Below are positions 27,654 through 39,590 of a DNA stretch of 64,000 nucleotides, piece after piece. Position numbers and translations under genes: made by a program. How positions within the stretch are numbered: the stretch's first letter is position 1; each line of letters starts with the position of its first letter. The DNA lies in assembly GCA_036172245.1 (NCBI GenBank), contig JAYWIR010000007.1, positions 3,968,001-4,032,000 of the forward strand. The letters are read 5' to 3'. This stretch comes from Raillietiella orientalis. Its lineage: Eukaryota. The notes under the pieces are model-generated. The model saw only the letters and a list, made by a program, of their open reading frames with translations. It did not search any database and was not told where the DNA came from.

Positions 27654-30600
27654 AAGAAAGATACCAGGAGAAGAAATCCAGTTGCCACGGTGTCGTTTTT
27701 CGGAATTTCATGCATGGATTTTACGAAGTGTTATAATTTTTGGAGTTTGCAACATCAACTTTTAGCCTCAGGTAGTGTCAGGCTATGTGCTGGCGACAAA
27801 TATCCTCGTGTTTACATTGTCCATTCTACAAAATAGAATTGATAGTGATTATCTGCTGAGCAGATTTCCCCGATCCTGTTCTTAGAGTATGTATGAGTGA
27901 GTGGTCAGTTTTCGATCGGCATGGAAAATTCTGCTGCAAACAAATTCCACGTTGCTTTACCCCCCATGCTGATTCGGTAGGCCATCCGTGAGAGTGAAAG
28001 GTGCAGTTGCACTTTCTGATACGCGAAAAATATTCCCTGTATTTCGTCTTGAATTCATCATAACGACCTTATGCTTGTAGAATGGTGTGGAAGCAGTGAA
28101 TGGACCAGGTAGAGCTACTCTGGAGAAAGCTTGTTTCAATCTCAAAAAGGCGCGATAAAAAGTTTGCAAAGAAAATCACATGGCATTCTTTTCTGGCGTC
28201 TTTGGAAATCCTTTTTAGGTTCAGAGTACAAACAGAAATTGCTTCCAAATGAATCGAACAAAGGTGGCTTAATGACGTACTTGGATACTACTTGACCATT
28301 TGTATCTAATATTCCTTCAAAATGATGCCATCTGATCGTGACGAGGTGATGTGGTAAAGGCAGCATTCAGTAGAGGAAACAGAATCGTTATTTTTTGTGA
28401 CTTTAGGTCAATATTCGCAACCCTAACTTTGAGGCTTGTTTTGATTTCTGAGAATGTGCAAGTTAACAACAGTTTCACAGTTCGTTGTTCACAATGTATT
28501 TCCTTTATGATATGGAAAATAAAGCGTCTGTCGAAAGTCAAATGCTTTTTTAAGTCGCAAGACTCCCATGTTTTAAGCTGTGGAAATCCCGTTTGCCCCT
28601 GAGTTTGTAAAATAAAAAACCATGTACATTAGAGTACATCATGTGAGTCAAACTTATTCGTGTAGACGCTTCCGTGTATAAACTGCTGCTGGCTAATATT
28701 TGAGTGCTGTCCTTTGGATCGTAACGAGTCTATACGCCCGATTTCATTCTCCATGGTGTCTTCTCAACATAAGGAGTGTTTATCTTCTTGACAAGTAACC
28801 TCCAATTTTTTCCCATATTCTCACTCGGTTGTGTAAAGTATCCTTTTTCACCAAAAGCAAAATGGAAACTTCGAATTTTAAGCGGTTTTTTTGTCCCCAT
28901 GATTTCATTTCAACAACTGGAAAAAGGCTGTTTCTTGTCAAACCCATCCTAATAGTATCTATCAAGTCAAGTGAACTATCATATGTGTTATTTATAACGA
29001 TTTGGGTTTTGTCATTTTTCCGGTACAAACCTTCCTGACCAACTGTAGTCCCTTGAGGAGATAATGAATGTGGTTGGAAATTTAGATGCCCTTATAATCA
29101 TGTTGCTTAAGGGCAGTCAAGGAGATATCAGACGACAAGTATTTTTAATGTAGTGTGGAATCTTAGTGGTTAGTGTTCAAACGAAGGTCAGGAAAGATTC
29201 CATCGGTTCAGAATAGAAAAACAGTACCAAGAGGACGAATAACATTCTTTTGCGTAGAAAGAATTTTTTTCAATATGAACTTCAGAAAATTAGGACTGGC
29301 ACTCCAAAATCCAATTCAAAATTGTGAAGAGTAACCTTGCTAGACACTAAAACAAATAAGATGCTCTTAATCATTTTTAATCTCTAATTCAATCAAAACC
29401 TTCAGTCAGGATTTCTCTTCATATTTCTCAAATAAGTATCCCACAATCTGCGCTGGCTTCTGAGAGTACGACATCAATTTCGAGTGCAATGTACTTGGTA
29501 AACATGGTGATCCACTCGGTCCCTCCATACTCTCCACTATTTTGGTTTGTGCTTCTAGGTTTTCCTACTTTCTCACTCTCATGACTTGGTTCCATTTGAA
29601 TCATCCCACGTCATTTATACGAAGTCCATGCTACTCGGTCTACTTTGAAACGTTCAAAAAGTATATTGGTTTCCCGATTAATTGAATTCAATACAAAGTA
29701 CTTACATACTTTGAAGTGTCTGTACGTTTTGGAGTTTCCCTCAACTTTATACATGAAATTTGGCCAGACATCGACACTTTGTTCGACATAACATCATTTC
29801 CATTTACGTGGATAAGCGTGAGCTCTTAGCTCATTTGAAAACTCTGTGAGGGTGTTTGATTGAGGAGCTCATACTCATTTGCATTATCTTTCACTCTATC
29901 CTTGAATTCAACCTAAACACGTAACTCTTCACTTCTGTACCTTGGTTTTCAGCCTTTTTCAAGTGCTTTCTGAATTTAATTTAACGTAATAACACCTCTT
30001 CATGTGGACCTACGAAGTTCCAACATCGTCATCTAAATCATGAATGCGTATTATTCAATGTTTTTCTTTTTCATTCCATTCTTTTGTAGCGATCGTAAGA
30101 TGATTTCTAAACGTAAAAGGAATTTTTGATAGGCAAGCTTTGTGCTCAAGAGTTATATACATCCATTTACCATGGCCTGATTGGTCTACATTTTAGTTAA
30201 ATGACAGGAGACTTATACAGGAAGCTCCACCTTACTCTATGAAGTCTTAAAATATTATTTCTGTTATTCTATGAATAATGCAAAATCTAATGGAATGCAT
30301 CTTTGCGAAACTGTAGTTGCATCATCTCGTTTAGTTTTTCTAAGACAATTGATCACAAGACAGATGAAGATATTGTTCTCACTTCTCAATTCAAAGCGAC
30401 AGAGTCTTCGAATGCAGAAGAACAGTAGCTAACATTTAGGAGACCATCCATTCCACCGCAGGAAAACATGTCATCCATGGCGCTCAACAGAAAAAAAAAA
30501 AAAATTGCTTTGAAAATCTACCCAAAACTATCATAACAGTGTAAACAAGTTAGAACTGCGAATATTTTTGGTGTATCAACACATTCATTTTGGAAAATCC

Positions 30601-31979
30601 CAACACTAAGGATTCGAGTATTCCTGAACAGAATAAGTAAAAGGTCTGTCTTATCAGAAGAAAAGAATGCAAAAAATGAAATTCTTTAAAAAAATAATTT
30701 CTAGTTTTACACTTCCTTTGTTTTTTTTTTTTTAAAAAACTTTTGTAAAATGCATGTATCCTTGTTTTGGTACCTCTTTTGTACTATTGCAGTACTACTA
30801 TTGTAGGCTGTAAACAGTTCTGAAATCAGAATCTGTATTGGCAAGAAAAAAAAGAAATATACTTTAAATTAAAATGTTATGTCTTTATCGTATGGTAAAC
30901 TATACTGATATTCTAAATGGCAATTAAGTATCGAGTTGGTAATTAATATTGAAGTGTGATGAAAATCCTGAAACTTCATGAGTAAATACATCACATTTAA
31001 GCGTTTGTCTTGTGGTATTTTTCCGATTTCTCGTTTTTTTTTTGTGTGTGCGGGCAACAACAGACCTGCATCAATATGATTGAATACTTATATAAATAGA
31101 GATGTTAATTGCATTATCACGTAAAAGTGCTAAGTTCTTTCAACATTTCCAAGTGTTCTGAAGGCATTTAGACACAACAAGTTGGGACTTTTACAAATCG
31201 TTGCAGAACTGCATGAATCAACATTATGTTCCATTTGCTGGATCAATCCAGTTAATCGAGATGAAATCGAACCGAATGTTACATAATGTATCAAGGAATG
31301 CGGAATATGTATTTGGCATCGAAAGATCCTCAAGAAAATTTGTCTTTGCTTTTGTTTTATCTATGCTTTTAGCATTGAATAAAAGTCTGTAAGCATCCTA
31401 TCATTTTCATATATTTATACTATGAACATCCATGAAATGTCCATTTCAGGTAGCTGGATAAACTGTTATTAATAACGAACCTCACAGTGAGATGTAAATA
31501 AGAATTTGTCTGTTTCTCAACTACTGTAGTCTTTTCTGTTCAATAAAAGTGGTTGATCTGTAAAACTGTGTTTCATTTTATCAGGTTCCAGAGAAACAGT
31601 TATAGTCTGCTTGTAATTAGTGAGCAGTGATCTTCCATTCAGGGATTGCTGTTATAAGTAAAAAAGATTAGTTGTATTTATGGATAAAAATTATTTAGTG
31701 ATTAATTGAAAAGTGGAACTGGTACTATTTGAAGCGCCATCTGAAATTGGTTTCGGGGATTTCAAACGTGCCTACGTACAGCGGAGACAATGGAATGATA
31801 AGGTATGGGAGTGAGTTTGAATTTGGTTAGTGATTCTTGTGTGTGAATTCCTTTCTGTGAATGGAAGAAACGAATTTTGGATTAAGGCAGCAGGGTCATG
31901 CACACGTTAAAAAATCGCTGATTCTTGAAGCCTCATTGAAGTTGTGGAACCTGAATGTACGAACTGTGCGTTCGTAAAT

Positions 31980-34900
31980 ATGGATGGAGTGCAGTATTTT
32001 CTGCCGTGTGATATATCAAGATTAATTCTGGGTATGTTTCTTTTGTGCCTGTATTTCAGAAATGCATAAATTCATTACTTGAGTGGTGGTAAGCACAGTG
32101 GATTGGAACCGTGAAAATGGGTGCTTTAGTAACTTACTTTGAGAAATGTTTGTGTCATCAATTGAAATGATGTAAACTGGATTGTACGTAGCGCTAAGTT
32201 ATGTTTCATACATTTATCGGAGTATTTGTTGAAGATTTAGTAATGTAACTGGTTTTTACCGTGTACGAACGATTAATTGTTTGAAAATCCCCCAATCTTT
32301 GAGAAAGAAAACCATATATCCAAGTTACTGAGATAGTCCTGATATTTGAAAATGTGTCACGACGAAGGCTTTCAAAAAAAAAGTTTACAGCAATGTAAAT
32401 TTTTTAGGTTGTCTTCAGGACCATGAATGTTATCAGACTTACGAAACTTATTTGAAGGAAAATTTACATTTGCAAGAATATAACAATCTTTTGCTCAGAG
32501 GGAAAAAAATTTCCACGTGTGTCAGTGGATTGAGCCTTAGTGATATATTGGAAGAATATGGAGAACTTAGGGCGTTAAGTATGCTGCCTTCTCTCAAAGG
32601 TTTTATCAATAGATTAAGTGTTTATCATCACTTAAGTAGAGCTTTGTTTTTTAAAAATTCCACCAATATTATTTTGTACTACGTTTTATTTAAGAATAAA
32701 AGATTTTTGGGAATTAAAAGAATGGTAGCTTTTCGTATGTGTTTGGTAACAATAATTTTGCTTGGGGTGCAGTGTGGATTTTGCATTTTTTGGACGAAAA
32801 TTATTTACTGGTTACTTACTAATGTATAAATAAGACTTCTAAAACTTATATTCTATTGGTCTCATGTTAATTTGTTCCATTTTTTGTTATGCTGACACTA
32901 AATTTTTTCCAACATAAAATTTTGAATATGTAAAGCTCAGATGATACTGCAGGAAGTGAAATGCCTTAATAAAAACTTAATTTTTCGCACTATGGTAGAT
33001 GTCTTGTTTTTTTAGTAAGAAAAGAAAGTGAACAAATGCCTTGGATGAACATTCGAAAAACTGATAGTGTAGTGACTGCAGTAACAGAGATGTTTAAAAT
33101 CCTAAAACAAAAGCATGTCTTGGAAACTTCGTATAAAGTTCGTTATTCTAGTATTTGATGCACAATAAAATTCAGCAAATTCTTTCAGTTGGTACCAAGT
33201 GTTATACCATTACAAAGGTTATTACCACCTGCCAGTTCAGCATCATGGCAACGTTCTTCCATGAACAGAGCAAAAAATATGCGGAAAAAGAAATTTCGTA
33301 TAACCTCTTCTTCGAGTGTGAAAGAACAAAATTCAAAACTTCACTACAAGGCATTTGCAATAGGAGAATCAGATTCTGAAGATATGAATTCCCAATTGGA
33401 GCATTCTGTTGTTCCACGTAAAAGCAGTATTGTTATTTCTTTAAAGCTTGCTTTTAAATACAGATGAAACATCTGAGGAAAGAGCTTCTGTGTTGAGAAG
33501 TCCAGATTCTTACGAAACCACTTCTTTATGTAAGCAACAAAGCATTTCACAGTCAACACCGTCAGTTTTCAAGGAAGCTAATTGTTCAGATACAGGTTAG
33601 TGGTTGTAGTTTGGTCAAGATTTGCTTTAGATTTAATTTTTAGTAAAAGAATTAACCTCAAACAAAAAAGCTAATGTGTATTCTCTGAAATCTCCAGTTG
33701 GTGAGCATGAAATGCAAAGTTCTCTACATGCTAATGGTGCAACTAATAACATAGAGGATAGCAACAGGGATATGTCAGTAAGTCGTGTTCAAATAAATCT
33801 AGAACAAATGCAATTTATAAGTTTGCACATCCCAGCATATTGTGTTGATTTTTAAATTGAAATTTAAGTTATTGAATATTTTTGAAAGTCCAGTGTGCAT
33901 TGCTCATTTATTTTTGATTTTTTCAATCATGCAATTGCTGCAGTTTGGTTTTGTTTTTTGTTTTTTTTAGACAAAAAAAAAAGAGATTTTACTCCCGTGT
34001 TAATGTATTTTTTAAGTAGTTAGAAAGTAACTATGGTATTAGCATTTGTGGAGAATATCAAAACCTAACTTTTCAAACCATTTTCAAATATTTCATTCAT
34101 GTATAGATTTGGCTTTTTTTATGAACCATCATTTTTAGGGGAAAAAAATATTATGCATCATATCTGTTGGTTCTATTCATTGTGATTATACTACAATATG
34201 CTCCAGTTTTATAACTAGCGTTTTGCCAGCATGTACTAGATTCTAAGTGTACAACAGTCATCCACATTCAGCAATAAAAGCAAATACATTTTTCAAGCAT
34301 CACATAAAAATAGAGCTAAATAGGTTTTCTTTTGTGATGTATTTTTCTTTTCAATAATCTTGCTGGAAAATGCAGTGACGATTTTTTGCACCAAACAAAT
34401 AAAAATCTAGTTAATGTTATATGGTCTGAAATTGTTTGATTGCAGTTATATGTGTAGAAAGTAGTTATTCATTGATAGGTATTGATGGAGTTGGGAATGT
34501 ACAAATTTTTGGTTGAAAGCCAAAAATGCCATGAGAAAATTGCTGAAAATATCAATAAAGCTAGAGAGCAGAACTTGGATAATACATGTCGAAGCACAGA
34601 TCTCTTAGTCAAGGAATCAATGGTTGAAACATTACCAGAATTGGATTTCTTCATTAAAAAGGCTGCTGAAGAAATAGCTGACCCATTATATGATGCATTC
34701 TTGGAAGACTTACTTGGTACTTTATATTTTATAATTAAGGAATCACATTGATTTTTAATTAATTTTTAGGATGCTCTTTGAATCCTGCAAAAGAGAAAAC
34801 TGTCAATTCCTCTCCCAATTTAGAATCTGCTACTTCTCAGTCCAGTGGAGAGACTCTTTGTTCTCCTAGTTTTCTTGATGGTTTAAAACAAAAAGCACCA

Positions 34901-37900
34901 GGACATTCAGACTCTGAATACTGTGCCAGCGATAATCACAGTAAGCTGTAAACTGAATTCATTTTCATAGTTTGTCCTATGAAAATGAAATTCAGTTGTA
35001 AGATTCAGATATGTCATTTCCTAATGATGTGTAGGCTTCCATTATCAGTGGAACCAAACGATTTTCCGTTTCAGAGTCGGCTCAACAGACAGTTGACTCA
35101 CAAGATATTGACTCACAGCTCATTTTAAGTGGTTCCCTCAAAGCTTCATGTGCCCCAATTAATATGGCTTCTGTGCAGTCCTCTGTCACCTCTTCCACTA
35201 TAAGGAGAGACAAAGTGGTTAATCGTTCTAGTCGCCATCCGTCTGTAACGAGTTTACCTGTTGCATCAACAGAGACTTGTGCAGCAGCCAAGACATTTGT
35301 TTTGGAATCTGATACCCCCAAAGTGGATATTAAGAAAAATTCCAATTGTTCAGTTCATTCAGAAACTACCTTGAGTATGGATCCACATGAATCCCTTGTT
35401 CAACAGAAAAGTACTGTGTCTGATGTACCTAGCCCCAGTTCCAGATGCAGAGTTACTGAAGTGTTTGATGCAAATAATTTGTCATCTGCATGTCCACAAA
35501 ATTCCACAATCTCTTTTCAGTCAAATGAAGTTCGTTGTCCCCTTAGTTGTTTACCAAACATTCTTAGCAAAAAGACCTCATCCAGTGAGTAACTCTCATC
35601 AGCCGAATTCATATTTCCTGTTGTTCCAGATGAAGTGATTCCTAATGCGGAACGCAGCACATTCATTTGTTATGACCATCAATCTCCAGTTGCAGTTCTG
35701 CAGACAGGCACATGCATTCCCAAGGAAAATATTTTAGAAGAAAGTCTTAAAAGTTTAGATGTTGCTTCCGAGAACAAGTCCTCTGCTCCTGTACTTTGTT
35801 CTCCATTCTTGTTATCAGCAAAATCACCTCTGATTATTAGCTTACCGTCTCCGAATTTTTTAACTGATACCTCCAAAGCTGTTATGACAATTAGTTGAGT
35901 AAAACTAACTAAGACGAAAACCAGTTAATGGAAACTTCTTAGGTGGATCTCAATCCAAATGTATGTCTCAATGTGGTTCACTAGAATTTCCTAAGCAGTC
36001 ATCAACTTTGAGGAGACCATTAAGAATCCAACCAGGTGAATGCTTATTTCCTCGAATGTAAATTCATAAGTAATAATGTTTGTCTAGCCAAATCTTCCAT
36101 CGCCAAATCCTTATACATATTGCCTAACAGTCAACATACTGCTCAAATCATCACTGAAATTCCCTTGAAAAACACTAACTTTGCCCAAGGACGTCCCATG
36201 CGTACTGCATATCAGTACATCTTGCCCAAAAAAAGTGAAGATATGTCTTTCCAGTCCAAGAAGCCAGTTGAAAGTTCTACATGTGATCAGCAACTCGCAT
36301 TGGATTCCTCTGCTAATGAGTCATCAGACACTTTCTTCAGTATTGTTGAGTCTCTGGCTTTGCAAATGCAGGGTCATGTAGAAGGAAATAAGGCATCATG
36401 TACACCTAAACTAAATGCACTGATTGAAGCATCTCAGTCCGAAAAGCAAGAGATGCAGTCTTCAACTGTGACTCCATTCCAGTGTGTTACAAGGAAAAGT
36501 TTCAGCACTCCGAGAAAACGCCATTCCCATGTGCGAGCACTTGCATTTGACTCGCCCAAGAGAACAGAGGTTCTCAGAGAAATGCCCAAATCAACAGGTT
36601 GCAAATATCCATCACAAAAGATCTTAATGGGTCATGGAGCAGGAAGGGAAAACACTGTCAAATCAAAGTTAGACTTTGATAAGTTTCCTGCAGCCTTGGA
36701 AGAAGAATTGCGTGGAAGTCCAAAATTGCATGCAGCAAATAAAATTTGGGATAGTCTAGGTGTAGATCTCATATTTGAAAATGAAAGTAATCCACAAATT
36801 TTAAAATGTGGCGAAAATCATGGAAATAGTATTTTAAATGAGCTGAGCTTAAAAGGAATTCGAGTAAAGCCACCAGGACATTATCTTAACAAAGAAAAGG
36901 AAATTGGCAGACTGGAAGAAAATGAGATTTCCAACGACATTCTATTTGATCCAGTGGTAGAGACATCCAGTTTGGTTACACCACAGAAACCTTTTGATGC
37001 TGATGATGATTTAGTTTTGTATTCAAGGATCCCCAAAACACCCAGTGTTTCCAATCTCGTAACACCTGCAAAATGGTCTTCTGCAGAACAAAAGACTGAG
37101 ATATTCCCATCATTAAATACACCATTGGTAAAGAATGGATTGCCTCTGACCCCAAATCCTGGATTAGAATATATGGATTCCTTTTCCAGTCATTTAATAA
37201 ATGAAATTACACCAAGAAAAACGGATGCCGACCTTGAAGCTGATCTTATATCAGAATGTAGTCGCTTGATAGATGACACCAGCAGCACATCTAAGCAGAA
37301 AGTAAGTTAAATTTTGCATGATGTTGAAATGTACTGTTGTGTGAATCACTTCAAGGATGGGGAACGGATCTCTCCAAATGAATCTGGCTGTTGTCGCCTT
37401 ATAGACTATATCCATAGTAAGCAGTTTGTAATGAAAGAGACAGGAGGTTTAGCAAAGTCTCATATTTCAACTCCAGAACACTGCTGCATCTCTAAAAGTA
37501 GCAGCTCTGGAAGTTTAGTCGATGTTGTAAATCTGCCCTGTCAGTCTTCTGAGGATGATTCCTCTACCGTATCATATATTTCTCCAAACTTTATAGGAAA
37601 AGATTCTATAAAAGAAGATACTGCTTCCCCACTCTCTGCCACTTCGGAAGTGATCATTTTAGATGATGTGATGAGTCCAGAATTGAAAGAGAGTGAGTCC
37701 AAAACAGAAGAAGAAATTTTTGAACATATTGTCAAGAAAAGTGTTGAAATGGGTCAACTGAACGAGGGAATTCGTTTGACTCGAAGTAGACTTAGAGATT
37801 CTGTTTGCAATTCTCCCAAGAAATCCAGTCATAAGGATACTCAGATCACTCCCCTTCCATCTACATTGGTGGAGTCACCGTCTGAAAAAGATAGCAAAAT

Positions 37901-39533
37901 AAATACTGGTTCCGTAATCAAAAAGAAAGCGAAATCAATCGTGCATGCACCCGAAAAAGATGGAACAAACGCTAAAGCTACAGAAGTTTCCAGAAAAATG
38001 GAAAATAAGAGTAAAACAAAACAGAAAAAAGAAGCCTACAACCATAACATACAGGACTGCTCAATTGTGTTAGAAAAAAGTGTGTCCACAGAGGAGAAAA
38101 AACATGCTAATGCAAAGTGTACACCTGACAATGGTATGACAGCTTGTTTTGTCAAGGAGTCGCAGCATGCTGCATGTGAAAACGCAAATCTATCTGATCT
38201 TTGTAAAGAAACACCAGTCAAGCACACAGGTAATGCAGATGTGCGTAACTCTTCAGAATCTTCTATATCCAAAATTGCTAGCCTGATAACAACTGATGCA
38301 AAAGACATTTTCTCCAGCGCAGCCAACGATTTTCTGGATAATTACACATGCTTGTTTGCTACACAGAATGGCAAAGTCGTGTACTTACACTTCTCCAAAC
38401 TGCATTCTTTGTTCAGTCAAATCAGCAGTGTTCCATGTGACATTCATGATTCTTGCAATAATCCCAAAGTAGCTTCTCATAAAATGTTTGTTTCAAAAAC
38501 TTCTGTTCAGCAGCAAAACACGAGTTCTTTAATTGAGAAAGCCGTAAAAAGAAAGTCGTCATCCGGAAATGGCATGTGCATGAATGATTCAAAAAGGCCA
38601 AGGCCAAAAGAATCGGAGACGTATGCCTCCAACAAGAAGTTGCTTAACAGTCGTAGAACACCTAGAAAGCATTCGGCAAATGACAAACAGGATCGAAAAG
38701 TGAAAGGGTTTATGTCTTCAAGATCGCAAACAGAGATGGATAAACAGAGAGTGGAATCTAGATGGTACCATTCAAGAAGGCACAGTTCAGCAAGTGATCA
38801 CAAAGGTCATTTTGTGAAATCGGTAATGCATAAGAGAATGGAAAGCCTGCACGACAGGAGTGTGAATTCCTGTGGCCATGAAGCACCATACAAAGCTCGC
38901 ACAATTTGTAAAACTGAGAAGAAAGAAAACAGGAAGCATTCGGATTCTGCAATGGAGGAAACTCAGTTTATCAAGTTTTCAAGCAGAAGTAGTTTGCCTT
39001 CAAATTTTTGTTGTCCAAAGAGGAATAGATCTAATCATTACTCTGCTATTTCACCAAGTGCCTCTCATGTAAAAGCAGTCATTCCTACAGTTGAAAGATA
39101 TGCCCAAGCTGATACTGGGACTCAACTTTCAGCTGATAAATTTTCTGAAGGTTTAGAAGAAGGTGAGATAGACGATTACCATGGTATGTATCACTGCTTG
39201 CATTAGTCCTATAAAGTGCATTTTAGAATGCCAAGCAAGACAACACAACAGGAGTCCCACACACAATAATAGAAAAGATCAAATTCAGGTAACAGAAGAT
39301 CTTAATAGATTCCTGATTACAATATGACCCAGGTATGTAGCAAAGCTGCTGTGTCTGTGCTTCCTTTACCACCCAAGAAAAGAAAGTGTCTTTCTGATGA
39401 TTCTGATGGCTGCAAAGAAACACTGCCAGGATTAGCTTCTAATCACACCATGCAAGCACACAATCTCAATCACACTGATAATTTACTGCAGAACCTTGAT
39501 ATCGAAAAATTCTTAACTTCTATTCATAGATGA
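31980..39533 (+). CDS. NPAT: NPAT / multi sex combs (Mxc)-like histone locus body scaffold protein; multi-exon, large Ser-rich disordered middle
   Basis: Exon 1 (31980-32031) plus exon 2 (from 32409) give MDGVQYFLPCDISRLILG|CLQDHECYQTYETYLKENLHLQEY...LSDILEEY, the NPAT LisH/N-terminal domain (cf. MLLPSDVARLVLGYL). Also RKRHSHVRALAF, many CDK S/T-P-x-K/R sites (TPRK, SPKR, SPKK, TPVK), a PPKKRK NLS, and C-terminal LDIEKFLTSIHR* matching the NPAT MDVDKFLLSLH tail. Long ORFs 35164-39206 join via short GT-AG introns. Some internal boundaries at 33.0-35.0 kb are approximate. Confidence 0.85.
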
Positions 39534-39590
39534 TTATTTATTACCAATAATGGGTAAATATTATAAGACTTGATAAAATAACTGATCGTA

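Noticed and set aside
27331..27836. Poly-Lys / poly-Phe ORFs
   Set aside because: Translation artefacts of the poly-A tract.
28838..28846. U12-type donor-like GTATCCTTT (also ATATCCTTT at about 3296)
   Set aside because: Not at the boundary of any identified exon, and no paired branch point and acceptor were established.
27100..31900. ATM head-to-head with NPAT as in vertebrates
   Set aside because: Under 5 kb is available before wts and there is no ATM-like peptide.
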